This document shows, piece after piece, positions 27,048 through 39,099 of a stretch of DNA of 64,000 bases. The stretch's first letter is position 1. Each line of letters starts with the position of its first letter. Origin of the DNA: Felis catus (taxonomy: Eukaryota); NCBI RefSeq assembly GCF_018350175.1, contig NC_058368.1, positions 78,556,001 to 78,620,000 on the forward strand, given 5' to 3'. The position numbers were made by a program, and so were the translations under genes. The notes below the pieces were generated by a model. The model was not told where the DNA came from, searched no databases, and worked only from the letters and a program-made list of their open reading frames with translations.

Positions 27048-27082
<35 letters not shown>

Positions 27083-27105
27083 AACAAACATTAAAAATTT
27101 TTTAA
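26879..27105 (+). mobile_element. Can-SINE, TSD AAATACT(A/G)AA(A/G)TGAA
   Basis: Full head, (CT)n and tail; flanking near-identical direct repeats. Confidence 0.94.
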
Positions 27106-27518
27106 AAATACTGAAGTGAAGATAGGTGTACGTACATTATTTTATAAGGAATGCATCATTTAATGCACTGCAACATTCAGTAAACGATTGATTTAACCAC
27201 GTGGCTGTTGCACTGCAAACTTTTCATTTTCTGCTTTAAAGGTCATGGGTTCAACTTTTTCTCTCATCTTTCTTTGAACATTTTACCTGAAAAATTTTCA
27301 GCATACTTGAAAATAAAGATACTAGTATAGCAAACCTTCAGATACTCTATATTCAACAATGCACATTTATTTCTTAACAAAAGTTATTGGGATTTTTGGT
27401 CCTGTGACTTTCTTCAGGATCTTGAATCCTGTACTATTTCTTGAAATGGGTTAAATATGCTCATTTATCCATGGAATGTCTTCACTTTGAAATCTTATCT
27501 ACAAATTGCCAGAAAGTA

Positions 27519-27736
27519 GGGGTGCCTGGGTGGCTCAGTTGGTTGAGCATCTGACTTTGGCTCAGGTCATGATCTCGTCGTTCATGAGTTCGAACCCCAT
27601 GTCGGGCTCTGTGCCGATGGCTAGGAGCCTGGAGCCTGCTTTGGATTCTGGGTCTCCCTCTCTCTCTGTCCCTCCCCCACTCATGCTCTGTCTGTCTCTC
27701 TCTCAAAAATAAATATTAAAAAAATGAAAACAAAAC
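27519..27736 (+). mobile_element. Can-SINE, TSD AAATT(G/C)CCAGAAAGTA
   Basis: Full head, (CT)n and tail; flanking direct repeats. Confidence 0.94.
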
Positions 27737-28465
27737 AAATTCCCAGAAAGTAGAAATGCCCTGCAGATCATATACATATTACTATTGATAGTTTGACTAA
27801 GTATTGCAACATTTTTTGTAATAACAGTAAAGAAAATGGATTATTCTTAATAATATTTTTAATAATATTCTTCTGAAACAATTTTCTATAACTGGATCAG
27901 GGAAAATTATGATGAGGTCATCTGCATTTTATGCTGTTACCGATTTTTAAGTACGCCTTTAATCGTTACATTAAGATTTTATTGTTCTGTAACAGATGTG
28001 GTGTTTTCTTTATAAGCACATCAACATCAACCTGAAGACGGATGGGAGCAGATAAAACATTGTCTCGTGTTCTGCAGAAATCAGATGTTTGATTTCATCC
28101 TCAATGGCCATGCTTGCTTGTTTTAAGAAAAAAACATTCTTCAGTATCGAGTACACATGCCTCTCTCTATGGAATGGTAGCAAACGGATATTTGGAAAGG
28201 ATAAGAAAATGTATTATTGAGTGAATAAAGGATGATTCCTCAGGAAGCTTCGTTTGAAGAAATTTTAAAGTGCTTAATTAAAGTTTAATTACAATAATCT
28301 GTGTTTATTGTGATTGTAAAATGCAGGATAATAGTGATTCCACCATATTTTAAGGCTTGATATACATTAATGACCTAAGACCTGATTTTAGCAAAATGGA
28401 ATCCACAGTTTTCTTATTGGACCCAAGTAAATGTACTAGGCGAACTAATTGCTTTCAATGGATGC

Positions 28466-28702
28466 TTTTTTTTTTTAAGAAATACACATCTTTTAATGTT
28501 TGTTTATTTTTGAGAGAGAGAGACAAAAACAGAGCGCAAGTGGGGGAAGAGCAGAGAGAGAGGGAGACACAGAGTCCGAAGCAGATTCAAGGCTCCAAGC
28601 TGTCAGCACAGAGCCCGACGCGGGGCTCAAACCCACGAAACCGTGAGATCGTGACCTAAGCCAAAGTCGGACGCTGAGCCGACTGAGCCACCCAGGCGCC
28701 CC
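28466..28702 (-). mobile_element. Can-SINE, TSD TCAATG(G/A)ATGCTTTT
   Basis: Reverse-complement SINE; flanking direct repeats. Confidence 0.94.
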
Positions 28703-29686
28703 TCAATGAATGCTTTTGATGATACACTTTGTTAAAAGAGAGCAGCGATACTCTTTCTAGTTGTTTTTCCCATCCCTTACTATATACACTGTTAGATTTT
28801 AATAGTTTTCAAGCATTAAAATGTATTCATATGTTTAAATTAATATTCCAGTTTATGATCTAACTTATTAGAGGAAGAATGTGGAGATCAGTCCTCTGCG
28901 TGAGGAACAAGGCTCGGGGGGCTTCCCAGCTGTGCAAAACCTTAGATATTACATGAAGAAAAAGGACATGTTGAGTCACATCTTAGATAAAAGGAGCAGC
29001 GGAAGGGGGCGGAGTTTGGTTCACGCCATGGGGTGTGACCAAGACGTGGACACCTCGAGTCAGGACTAGGTGTGGGTTCTGGTTTCACCACTTTGTGGGT
29101 GCTTAGACCGCCTTCTACCGTTTGCCTCAAAGTTTCCATGAGGTTCCCACCTAAACATGTGTAGATATCATCTGCCATGTCATAAACTCCCAGTGGACAC
29201 TAGGACTTGGTGGTAACGTTTGCCTTGATATTGAGACTGTGACCCTTGGCCGTGATGGACCCTCTTTCTCGCTATGCTGTGCCACCATTTCTTTCGTGAG
29301 TGCGGACCCTCATGGTTACAAACTGCCCAGGTCTGCGTGTGTTCTGACTGTGTGACATGCGGGTACTGAGGCCAGTGAGGCCAGGGACGGCCTGGACATG
29401 GCTGAGAAGAATGGCATTTGGATGACAGAGGGTTTGGGAGGCAGCAGTGGTCACTTCTGGCCAGAAACCCTACGGACTGTATCCTGAGCTCACTTCTCAG
29501 GGGGCAGTACCTGTCTTTTATTCTGGTTTCTTTTTATGAGAAAGCAGAAACTGCCCTCTTTGCGGGGGGGGGGGGGCTCTTCTGAAGATAGGCTCTCCTA
29601 GGGGAGCCAGTTTTAGGGGTCTTGAAATGTATCAAGGGGACCTTGAAGGTACATCTAAGAACTTTGAAGTGTGTGGCATGGAAGTG

Positions 29687-29690
<4 letters not shown>

Positions 29691-29745
<55 letters not shown>

Positions 29746-29752
29746 ACCACAC
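29691..29752. repeat. Compound (CT)n(CA)n microsatellite
   Basis: Directly visible. Confidence 0.96.
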
Positions 29753-30244
29753 AGCCCTGAATGTAGCTAATTATAAAGCTTGGCTGGCACTTTACCGGTG
29801 CTAAATGTTTATTTTCCCCCATTTGCTTTCTGAAAGTTTAACTGAGAAAATAGTCACCACAATAGCACTGGACTGATAACTAAGCCCCAGGGAAGCTTCA
29901 CTGTACACGATGGCGTGGACTCCATTCCTCCCAGTACAACACTGATACAAACAGATGCCCGATGGAGGTGTATCCACTCCCACCTCATGCTTGTTTCTCG
30001 GTATGATCAAAATAATGGAGTTTTGTGTTTGTAGAACGCGTTTCAGAACTGACTTTTAGATCGCTCAAGAAAGAGCCCTGAGTGAGCTTGGTAAGTGGTA
30101 GCTGTTATTCCTCCTTCAGGATAAAGTCAGAGAACAGAAGTCAGAGCTGGCCCAGAGTCACTTAGTAAGCTCAGACGAGGACTCTGAAGAAAATGCAGGA
30201 CTGGTGAGCCCCGAGCTCCCTGCCAGTTTACCCGTGACTGCAAG

Positions 30245-30437
30245 CAGTCATATGCATGACGCTCAACAACTGACTGGGGAGAAGGAACCCTGATGGTAGC
30301 ATTTTCTGGTTTCTGAAGGATGCTTACTTCCCCCATGGCTGGTTCCAAGCTACCAACATGATGTTCCTGAACACAGAGTTGGGGAGAGATGTGTACCATT
30401 GACCCTCAAAGGCTGTTGCAAGATGGTTGCCACATAG
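30245..30437. mobile_element. MER63-like hAT DNA transposon
   Basis: cccatggctggttccaagctaccaacatgatgttcctgaacacagagttggggagagatgtgtac matches my recollection of the MER63A internal motif. Confidence 0.65.
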
Positions 30438-30768
30438 TATTCCTTAAACCCAAGAGTAAACCTTTCTGGATCGTTAGCTAGTCGTTCCCTGGATTTTTAT
30501 CGGGTCATTTCCAAGAGCAACATGGTGTACAAGAAGTAGGGTTACGGTGTCTGTCAATAAAATAGGTAAATGGTATGCGTCAAGGGGTGCACCATGCTGG
30601 AGTTAGGCACCGGTTGTCTAGCGGTTGCTATACAAATGCCAGGTGGCATCACTTAAGGCTGGATGAGCAGGGTTTGGACTAAACCTGGAATTGAAATAAG
30701 TAGAAATCTGCAGTGTGCAGATGGAGTCACGAGGGCAGTCCCCACCCTCCTTTTCTAATCTGGATCAT

Positions 30769-30998
30769 TCTTTCTTTTTTTTTTTTTAATTTTTTTTAAT
30801 GTTTATTTATTTCTAAGACAGAGAGAGAGAGCATGAGCAGGGGAGGGGCAGAGAGAGAGGGAGACACAGAATCTGAAACAGGCTCCAGGCTCTGAGCTGT
30901 CTGCACAGAGCCCGACGCGGGGCTCGAACTCACGGACCGCAAGATCATGACCTGAGCCGAAGTCGGACGCTTAACCGACTGAGCCACCCAGGTGCCCC
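30769..30998 (-). mobile_element. Can-SINE, TSD TAATCTGGATCAT
   Basis: Direct repeats at 30756-30768 and 30999-31011. Confidence 0.95.
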
Positions 30999-31351
30999 TA
31001 ATCTGGATCATGCTTTCGAACTTGTCACTGGACCTTGTAGTTCAGATACTACTTCATTTGTACTTTCCAAGGGACCTTGTGGTTTTGAGGAAACAGTGCG
31101 GAGTCCCCAGAAGGTCTGGGTGAAAGAGCTGATTCGTGACCTTCAGATAGAAGGTGTTGGGCAAGTCCCTAAATGTCTTCACTTGTCTGAATCCAACTTT
31201 TCTTCGCATATGAAACAGGTGTAGTCCTTTAGAAAAGTTGTGGCTTACTTCCCAAGCTTGTTTGGAGGACAAGCAAGGTATCCCAATGACAAAAATCAGC
31301 TCACAAGTGTACCATGCTGTAATGCTGCGGCCGCGTCCGTTAGTGCAGATA

Positions 31352-31835
31352 CAATGATGTTGGTGGGGCTGATGGCGGTGATGATGGTGGCGACGATGGT
31401 GATGGCATGGTGGTGTTGATAATACAGATGCTGGTAGTGATGGTGGTGTTGATAATACAGGCAGTGGTGGTGATGATGATGATGATGATGGTAGTGGTGA
31501 CGGTGATGGTGATGGTGGTGATGATGATGGTGGTGGCAGGATGGTGTTGATAATACAGTCACCAGTGGTGATGGTGGTGATGGTGATGATGATGATGATG
31601 GTAGTGGTGACGGTGATGGTGGTGATGATGGTGGTGGTGATGGTGGTGATGACGATGGCGATGGCATAGTGGTGGTGATGATACAGGCAATGGTGGTGAT
31701 GATGATGATGATGATGGTAGTGGTGCCGGTGATGGTGATGGTGGTGATGATGGTGGTGGTGGCAGGATGGTGTTGATACTACAGGCACTGGTGGTGATGG
31801 TGGTGATGACGATGGCGATGGCATAGTGGTGGTGC
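31352..31835. repeat. (GGT/GAT)n compound trinucleotide tract with higher-order duplication
   Basis: Directly visible; 31454-31558 is nearly repeated at 31681-31784. Confidence 0.93.
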
Positions 31836-32779
31836 CTGCAGTGCTGCTGCCGATGGCAGGCTCTTCATAAATACTCTCGCTTCAACTGCCCACCGGTCTT
31901 TCAGGTTCAAAAGTAGCAAATAGAGTCTCTAGGTGCACTTGTACGAGTTTGTAGAACAACACGGGCAAGGAATCCTGACACAGGTGGCCCTCCTTGGCGC
32001 AGTCTCCGAGGCCCTGTTCCACATCACGGGGCAGAGGCGCTGACGGCAGCAGCATTCCCTCCAGCAATCAGAGATTTACTAACGTACCGTGTGGTCTCTC
32101 TTCCCCTTAGTTGACTTTTGTGTGTTGTAACACTCCCATCAGGTGAAAAAGAAAGAAAAAGAAATTATTAGGGAAGAGATCGTGTTCTATATAGAAAACT
32201 ACGGCCGTGCGGGAAAGAAAAGTTGCCTGACATTTACAAATGTCCTGCTCACCGCCCCTGATGTGGTTCCACGCCTGACGTAAGGGATATTAGACAAACG
32301 GAACCTGGCTGCGTGTCTGTGTCTGTGGAGAGCTGCACATGTCTTTCTTACCATATAGGAACTTTGTTTACACTTTAATCGATGCTATAATTGTGCTTCA
32401 TTTTCATTCCCTGTCACTGTATCACTTAAAAATGAGAAAAATTTAAAAACCTGTCTTTTTCCAGTACAAATGTTAAAAAGACTAAATTGTGTCCTTGTTA
32501 TTTCCACAAGTTACACGGGGCTGTCGGGGATGGGTGAATATGATGTTTGCGTGTGCGCGCACGTGTGCGGATGCGCACATACGTGCACTTTATCAACGGT
32601 GAGTCATTTCGTTTAGGAGAAAATGGTAAAGAGGGTAATCAATCAGAATAACTGTGACACCATGACAGTACATCCCAGTGCCAAGTACACCCTATAATAG
32701 AAATCAGGGTTTTAAATGGTTTTTTTGTTGGCTAGGAATGGTCCAGAATATCTGTCTTTTTTTCTCGCCAAGATTAAAT

Positions 32780-33406
32780 GATAAGGTATGATGATTACTT
32801 ATTGGTTCCAATTTATTTGCTGTCGACTGGTTTTTGTTTGGTCAGATTTTACATTCTCCTCACGCAGATTCCCAGTCTTGCTGGTGAAGTCTGTGCTCCT
32901 TTTCAGAGATTAATATTGCCTAACATGTATGGTTATAAATTTTGGTATGTCTTTCTGGGCTTGTATCAATCAGGACTTTTATAGCTGTTAATAAAAAAAT
33001 AACTACTGCATAATCTAATTATGAATTTTAGCTCATCGATTTACCTTAAAAACGTTTAGCATATAAAAAAAATTTCTTTTGTCCATAAAAAAAATTTCTT
33101 TTGTCCAAGAAGACCTTGAAAAGTTTGTTTATATTTTGAGGCATAAGCTAACTCATGGTGAATTATATTTCATGTAATCTTTTAATGCCATAGTACTTTC
33201 TCTTATCATTTCATATAATTTATAGTATCTAAACCTGTGCGTTTTTATGCTTTTTTTAAAATGCTATTTTAATGCTAGAGAGTATTTACAATACTGAAAT
33301 TCCTGGAACATGGCATGTATCCCCATCTGTTCAGGCTTACTTTTATGTCTTCCGGGAGTGTGTTGCAATTTTCCTCATATAGGTTTTGGAAATTTGTTGT
33401 TATATA

Positions 33407-33464
<58 letters not shown>

Positions 33465-33560
33465 ATATATATGTATGTATATATATATGTGTACATATAT
33501 GGGCATTCACACCTTTGTGAAACACTTTTTTTCTATACTTCTGAAACACGGTACATTTCT
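32780..33560 (-). mobile_element. Ancient L1 ORF2 3' fragments with an embedded (TG)n(TA)n microsatellite (33407-33498)
   Basis: Minus ORF fragment NFQNLYEENCNTLPEDIKVSLNRWGYMPCS resembles L1 ORF2. Confidence 0.65.
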
Positions 33561-33868
33561 TTATTATCTATTTCTCTCCCTAAAAATTATAGTCTGAAGG
33601 GAGAACTTGTTTTGCTCAGTGTTGGATCCCCAGTGCTGTTCACAGCCCATGGCACACAATAAATACTGCAGCTGTACTCGTGGCATCCATAAAAGAAGGT
33701 ACACATCAGCTTCCTCCCTCCCTGCCACCCCTCCCAAGCACACCCCTGCCTTCGGGCGGGGTCTTAGGTATCTCCACAATTGGTCTTTACTTATATTTAA
33801 GGGAAGTTTATTATAATTAACCTTGAGCAAATAAATTCTAGAGCAGAAATTGCAGACTGGTAACTTAC

Positions 33869-34177
33869 GGCAAATTCGGCAGACGTCTTTGATCCTTCCC
33901 TGAACGAGGTGCATATATGTCTTTTCTAGGTAGGTGGTACCCGCACGAAGCCGGTGATCTCCCCGACTTCCCTGGGTAGGCTGGCGGAGCTGGTGGCCCC
34001 AAGCCTCCCCCCGGCCCAGGTGCGTGACCACATGCCACCAGGTGCTTCCTGCGGGCGGCCCAGGCACGTCGCAGCCCCGACGTCTCCTCTTGTGTGACCT
34101 TCGCCAGGATTCTTGCACTAATCGTTCATCGGTTCTGGCCTCGGAAAGCGTTTGCATTTTCTGTCTGATCCAGCGAG
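33869..34177 (-). CDS. Open 309-nt coding exon (phase 1/1), repeat 3 of the H2C2-like domain
   Basis: Acceptor tttctctttgttttgtgtaaacacccag|CT, donor TGC C|GTAAGT, fully open: ARWIRQKMQTL...WWHVVTHLGRGEAWGHQL...GDHRLRAGTTYLEKTYMHLVQGRIKDVCRIC. Locally CpG-rich compared with its flanks. Confidence 0.65.
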
Positions 34178-34476
34178 CTGGGTGTTTACACAAAACAAAG
34201 AGAAACTGGCTTAAATTGAGAGCCTGCCGGGGGTCAGGTGATTCTCGGAATGTTACCTCAGTTAATTCTCACAGTGACCCCAGAGGGCAGGCCTCCTGTC
34301 TCTGTGCTCCTGAAGAAAAAAAAAAAAAAAAAATCCCAGCAAGACAAAACACAGCACAACACACCCTAGATCCCTTTCCCAGGCAGATTTCCAAACACCT
34401 CCTTATGCTTAGTGGTGGCTTAAGAACGTAAGCAAGGCCAACTGATTGTCTTACTTCTAAAATTAGTGGGTGCTTT

Positions 34477-34699
34477 GGGGCGCCTGGGTGGCGCAGTCGG
34501 TTAAGCGTCCAACTTCAGCCAGGTCACGATCTCGCGGTCCGTGAGTTCGAGCCCCGCGTCAGGCTCTGGGCTGATGGCTCGGAGCCTGGAGCCTGTTTCC
34601 GATTCTGTGTCTCCCTCTCTCTCTGCCCCTCCCCCGTTCATGCTCTGTCTCTCTCTGTCCCAAAAATAAACAAACGTTGAAAAAAAAAATAAAAAAAAT
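34477..34699 (+). mobile_element. Young feline Can-SINE, TSD AAAATTAGTGGGTGCTTT
   Basis: Near-consensus, CpG-rich body; perfect direct repeats at 34459-34476 and 34700-34717. Confidence 0.96.
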
Positions 34700-35132
34700 A
34701 AAATTAGTGGGTGCTTTGTCTTCTGAAAACCTTGAGAATGACTCTTGACTCTCATGAATCAACTCAGAAACATGTATTTGTTGTGCCTCTTTATATTCTC
34801 AGTACCCGACATAATTCCCTCCACACGGAGGGAAATTCCCGGAAATAAAATAAAATAAAATACACTCAATCAAGAGACGCTGCTGCTGATTCTGTGATAA
34901 GAGAGGCCGATAGGAGAGGCATTTTGATTCTGAAAAGGCGATATATCGTGGTAAACGTATGGGTCACATCACTGATGATTTTGTCCGTGATATGAGCTTT
35001 CCAAACGAGAGCTGCCTGGACAGGCTGAAGGTGCAGGGAAAGCCTAGGCGGGAAGGCATAGAGAGAAGGCAAGTTTGAATTTAACCACGAACAGATGGGC
35101 CTGGCAACTTTTCCATGGAACCAGAGTCTCAC

Positions 35133-35168
35133 CTGGGTGTCCGGGAAAAGGGGGTGTGCGTTGTGTGC
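35133..35168 (-). pseudogene. Candidate 36-nt exon of the minus-strand gene
   Basis: Acceptor ctctgctctcacgtgtgtggtttcag|, strong donor CAG|GTGAGA, open in phase 0 and phase 1. Confidence 0.3.
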
Positions 35169-35267
35169 CTGAAACCACACACGTGAGAGCAGAGGGTCCG
35201 GTGTGGCCCATGTGCTTCTGAACACAATACAGGGAACCTCTATGAAATATCCTGTATGATCTGGGGC

Positions 35268-35491
35268 TTTATTTTTATTATTTTTCTAAAGTTTATTTAT
35301 TTTGAGAGAGAGAGAGAGTTGTGTGCAAGCAGGGGAGGAGCAGAGAGAGAGAGGGAGACAGAGAATCCCAAGCAGACTCCAAGCTTTCAGCACGGAGGCT
35401 GATGTGGGGCTCGATCCCACAAACCGTGAGATCATGACCTGCGCAGAAATCAAGAGTCGGACACTTAACCGACTAAGCCAATCCGGTGCCC
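35268..35491 (-). mobile_element. Can-SINE
   Basis: Reverse-complement SINE with (GA)n and ...ccgactaagccaatccggtgccc end. Confidence 0.9.
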
Positions 35492-36169
35492 TGACGATCA
35501 GGGTCTTTAATCTTTGTCGCCAGCCCTGTCCTCATTCGCCTGGACTTGAGACTGAAGAGAGTCATACAGCGGTCCATGAACAGTTCACACCCCTCTCCTT
35601 GGCCTCCGCCTGGGGCCATTTCTCCCGTTGGGTGCCCTGGCTTCGTGCTGGAAGCTTCCTAGCAGACATGTGCTTCCACACGGCTCCTCACTCTACCCGT
35701 GACCGCCTCAGGTCAGACCTCTATCTTGTACCTCGACGAGGCAGAGGCCCCCAGCTACTTCTTCTGTCTTGGTTTCACATCCACCCACCACTTAGCTGTC
35801 ACAGTAATTGACTCTAAGGACAGATCATTCTCCTGCCTCAAGCCTTTGGCGACTCTCCATTCTCCTTCGATTCCACCTTCCTTACTCTGCAACGAAAAGA
35901 GAGCAAGTAGCCACCGGCCGATCTTCTGTCTGGCTTCCCTCCCCCCTGCACTTTCTCTATCATCGATCCTACCCATTATGCAATTAATTATTCCTCACCC
36001 ATTGACAATCAAGGTGTGTATCCCATTATCCAAAAAGGTCTGACTACCCTGCCATGCCTCTTTCCAACTTGAATTCTGGGCTTCGTTCTCATGATTCTGA
36101 AAAAATCACATATATGTGTATCTCATATATGTATCACAGCAGTGCCTTATTGGTGGCTAGAGTCCCAGA

Positions 36170-36837
36170 TGAGGCAAGCAGAAAAATGCTCCCCCAAGGA
36201 TATATCTATGTCTTAATCCCAGAACCTGCAAATACGTCCCTTGCAGATGTGGGTAAATTAAGGATCTGGAGATCTTGGATTATGTGGGTGGTTCCATTAT
36301 CATCCAAAGGTCTTTATAAAAAGAAGCAAGAGTGTCAAAGTGAGTGAGAGATTTGAAGACGGTGCCCCGCTGGTTTTGAAAATGGAAAAGGGGCCAGAAA
36401 TCAAGAAATGCAGACGGCCTCTAGAAGCTGGAGAAGCAAGGGGGCAGATTTTCCTCCGGGTCCTTTAGAATGAACACAGTACCGGGGCGCCTGCATGGCT
36501 CAGTTGTTTGAGCGTCCGACTTCAGCTTAAGGCGTGAGATCCTGGTTCGTGAGTTCGAGCCCTGCGTCAGGCTCTGCATTGACAGCTCAGAGCCTGGAGC
36601 CTGCTTCGGATTCTGGGTCTCCCTCTCTCTTTGCCCCTCCCCACCTCTCAAAAATAAATAAACATTAAAAAAATTAAAAAAAGAAAAAGAATGAATACAG
36701 TACTACTGACAGGTGGAGTTCCCCCCCCCCCCAGTGAAAACCCATTTTGGACCTCTCAATACCTGAACTATAAAATAATAAATTTTTGTTGTAAATTTGT
36801 AGGAATTTCTTAGAGTGGCAATGAGGAATCAATACAA
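36170..36837 (+). mobile_element. MLT1-type MaLR LTR interrupted by a Can-SINE
   Basis: gtcttaatcccagaacctgc...ccttgcagatgtgggtaaattaaggatct...cctctagaagctggagaagcaagg...aataca. Confidence 0.82.
36484..36687 (+). mobile_element. Can-SINE, TSD AGAATGAA(C/T)ACAGTAC
   Basis: SINE head and tail with direct repeats inside the LTR. Confidence 0.92.
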
Positions 36838-37129
36838 AACATGTAGAGGAGAGAGTGAATATTTGATGTGTCAGCAATGACTGACAGAATGGAGCATGTG
36901 AAGGGGCATATTGCATTTTATGTCAAGTGCATGAGGGGACATCAGTCTTAGGGAGACAAAGAACATTGGAGCATTGCGTTAGTGTGTGGTGTCTGTGGGG
37001 AGGGGGGAGGGCTGGCATTGGTAGATGTCTGGGATCCAACTTTTAGAAGATTGAAATAACGGAAACAATTTAAAACACTGTGGAAAGAAAAAACCAAACA
37101 AACAATACCACTCCCAGGACACCGGGAGG

Positions 37130-37995
37130 CATCAGAAAGTGATTCAGGGTTAAGAAATATCAGCCCGCAGAGCAACAGGAACTCTCATTCATGGCTGGTG
37201 GGAATGCAAACTTGTGCAGCCTCCTTGGAAGATGGTTTAGTGGTTTCTTACAAAATCAGACTGTCTCTTCCCACAGGATCCAGCCTTTGTGCTCCTTGCT
37301 GTTTACCCAAACGTGTCAGAATTTTACGTCCACACGAAAACCTGCACGTGGATGTTTGTAGCAGCTTTATTCATAGCGGCCAACACTTGGAAGCAACCAA
37401 GGTGTCCTCCAGTAGGCACATGGGGAAATAAACTGTGGCACGTCCAGGCAATGGACAGTTACTCGGTGCTAAAAAGAAATGAGCTATGAAATCATGAAAA
37501 GATATGCAGAGGACTAAGTGAAAGAAATCAATCTGAAAAGGCCATATACCGTATGGGTCCGACTCTGTGACATTCTGGAAAAGGCAATAGTATGGAGACA
37601 GTCAAAAGATGGGTGGTTGCTAAGGGTTGGCAGGGGGAGGAGGGGCAGGGAGAAGGGATGAGTAGGCAGATCATGGAGGATTTGGGGGGCAGTGAAAGGG
37701 CTCTGTGTGATACTGTAATGGTGGACACAGGCCACTGTCCATCTGGCCACACCCGCAGAATGGACAACACCAAGAGTGAACTTAATATGAACTATGGACT
37801 CTGGGTGATGATGGTGTGTCAGTGCGGGTTGATCAACTGTAACCAATGTACCACTGTGGAGGGGGCTATTGATAATGGGGTAACCTGTGCACTGTGGAAG
37901 CGGGGGGGGATATGGGGAACCTCTGTTCCTTCCCCCCAACTTTACTATGCACCTAAAACTGCTCTAAAAAATAAGTCTGGAAAAAAACAAACAAA
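37130..37995 (+). mobile_element. L1MC-type LINE-1 3' end
   Basis: gcaacaggaactctcattcatggctggtgggaatgcaaa, TKTCTWMFVAALFIAANTWKQPRCP, and UTR end aacctctg...acctaaaactgctctaaaaaataag. Confidence 0.88.
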
Positions 37996-38226
37996 CATCT
38001 TAACAAATATGAAAAACAGCTGATTTTGGTAATAACGCCAAGCAGAAGGGGAAACCGTGCGCCCAGATTCCCTGCAGTGGACTTGGGTGCAGGCTCTCTG
38101 GCCCCTCCGTGGGCTGGATAGTCTGGGCTTCTGTCTTCGGTGATCGCCCGCACGGCTGGAGCCGGATCCAGCTCTGGTCCACATCCATGACGGTGACAGG
38201 GCCAGCTGGCTGGCGGGCCAGCTCAC

Positions 38227-38496
38227 TGTCTTTGGGCCCCCACGGCTTAGATTGCCAGTGGGCAGGGAGAGGTGGAGCATGTGAGCAACGAGGGGCGACA
38301 GCAGGCCTGGGGGCCGGTTAGCCACTGGCGACACGGCCCCTCCCCCATCTGCTGAGCCCCAGAGCTGCTGGGCTGATCTTTCCAGCAGGGTCAGCCCCCT
38401 GGCAGCTGTGCACAGGGCTCTCAGAAAGAACAGAGTCTTTGCAGTTGCCTGGTCGTCCAGCCCCACTGAACCCCGAGCTTTGAACTCAAATATCGC
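38227..38496 (-). pseudogene. Candidate 270-nt exon: end of repeat 2 (RYLSSKLGVQWGWTTRQLQRLCSF*EPC) and start of repeat 3 (SPLVAHMLHLSL, other frame)
   Basis: Strong acceptor ctctgtgtctttacccacag|G, donor ACA|GTGAGC. TGA at 38423-38421 sits at the first Cys of the CxxC. Confidence 0.5.
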
Positions 38497-39099
38497 CTGT
38501 GGGTAAAGACACAGAGCGTGTGTGTGCTCAATAATATTAGAAAATGAGTCGCCAAGTGATACCGACACTTTACTTCGACTTAACACCTTGGACCTAAAGA
38601 TGGGGTCTTTTGTTCCTTAAAGAAAGTAGAAAAATGGCTTTCCTCTCACCTGCTAGAGTACAAACAGAGTTTGAAATAGAAAAGCAAGCTGGCAATGTCA
38701 CATTTGCCGGGTGTGTTCCACCGTGACTTTTAACTAAGGCAAATAATAGGGAATCGTTTATAGCACGTTGAGATTATTCAAGTCATAATGTCTGTGGGTC
38801 TGTAATAGAAATGAACCAGATTGAAAGAGGAAAGTAACGATCATTGTTTGTCTTTATTTCATTATCCTTCCCTGAGCTCTGCCTTTCTTCCAAATATGCT
38901 TTTTCAATTAAAACACATTCATCGGATCCCTCCCTGCTAATGCTTTGAAAATGCATTACTGCATTTGGGAGAAAGCATTGCATTATTCTTCTCTTTTCCT
39001 CTTTGCCTCTTAACTTGCTCTCTGAGAATGCATCTCAAAGAGAAATACTCTTTCCACAGGAATAATGCATGGCTGAAAATGCACCTGATATCTTAGGCA

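Noticed and set aside
31054..31824. 256-aa and 123-aa poly-His/Pro/Ser ORFs
   Set aside because: Translations of the (GGT/GAT)n simple repeat; no splice or start context.
37945..38586. 213-aa ORF as a stand-alone single-exon gene
   Set aside because: Starts at a non-ATG codon, runs into an L1 tail and is GC-rich; only the spliced 38496-38227 part is supported, and partly in another frame.
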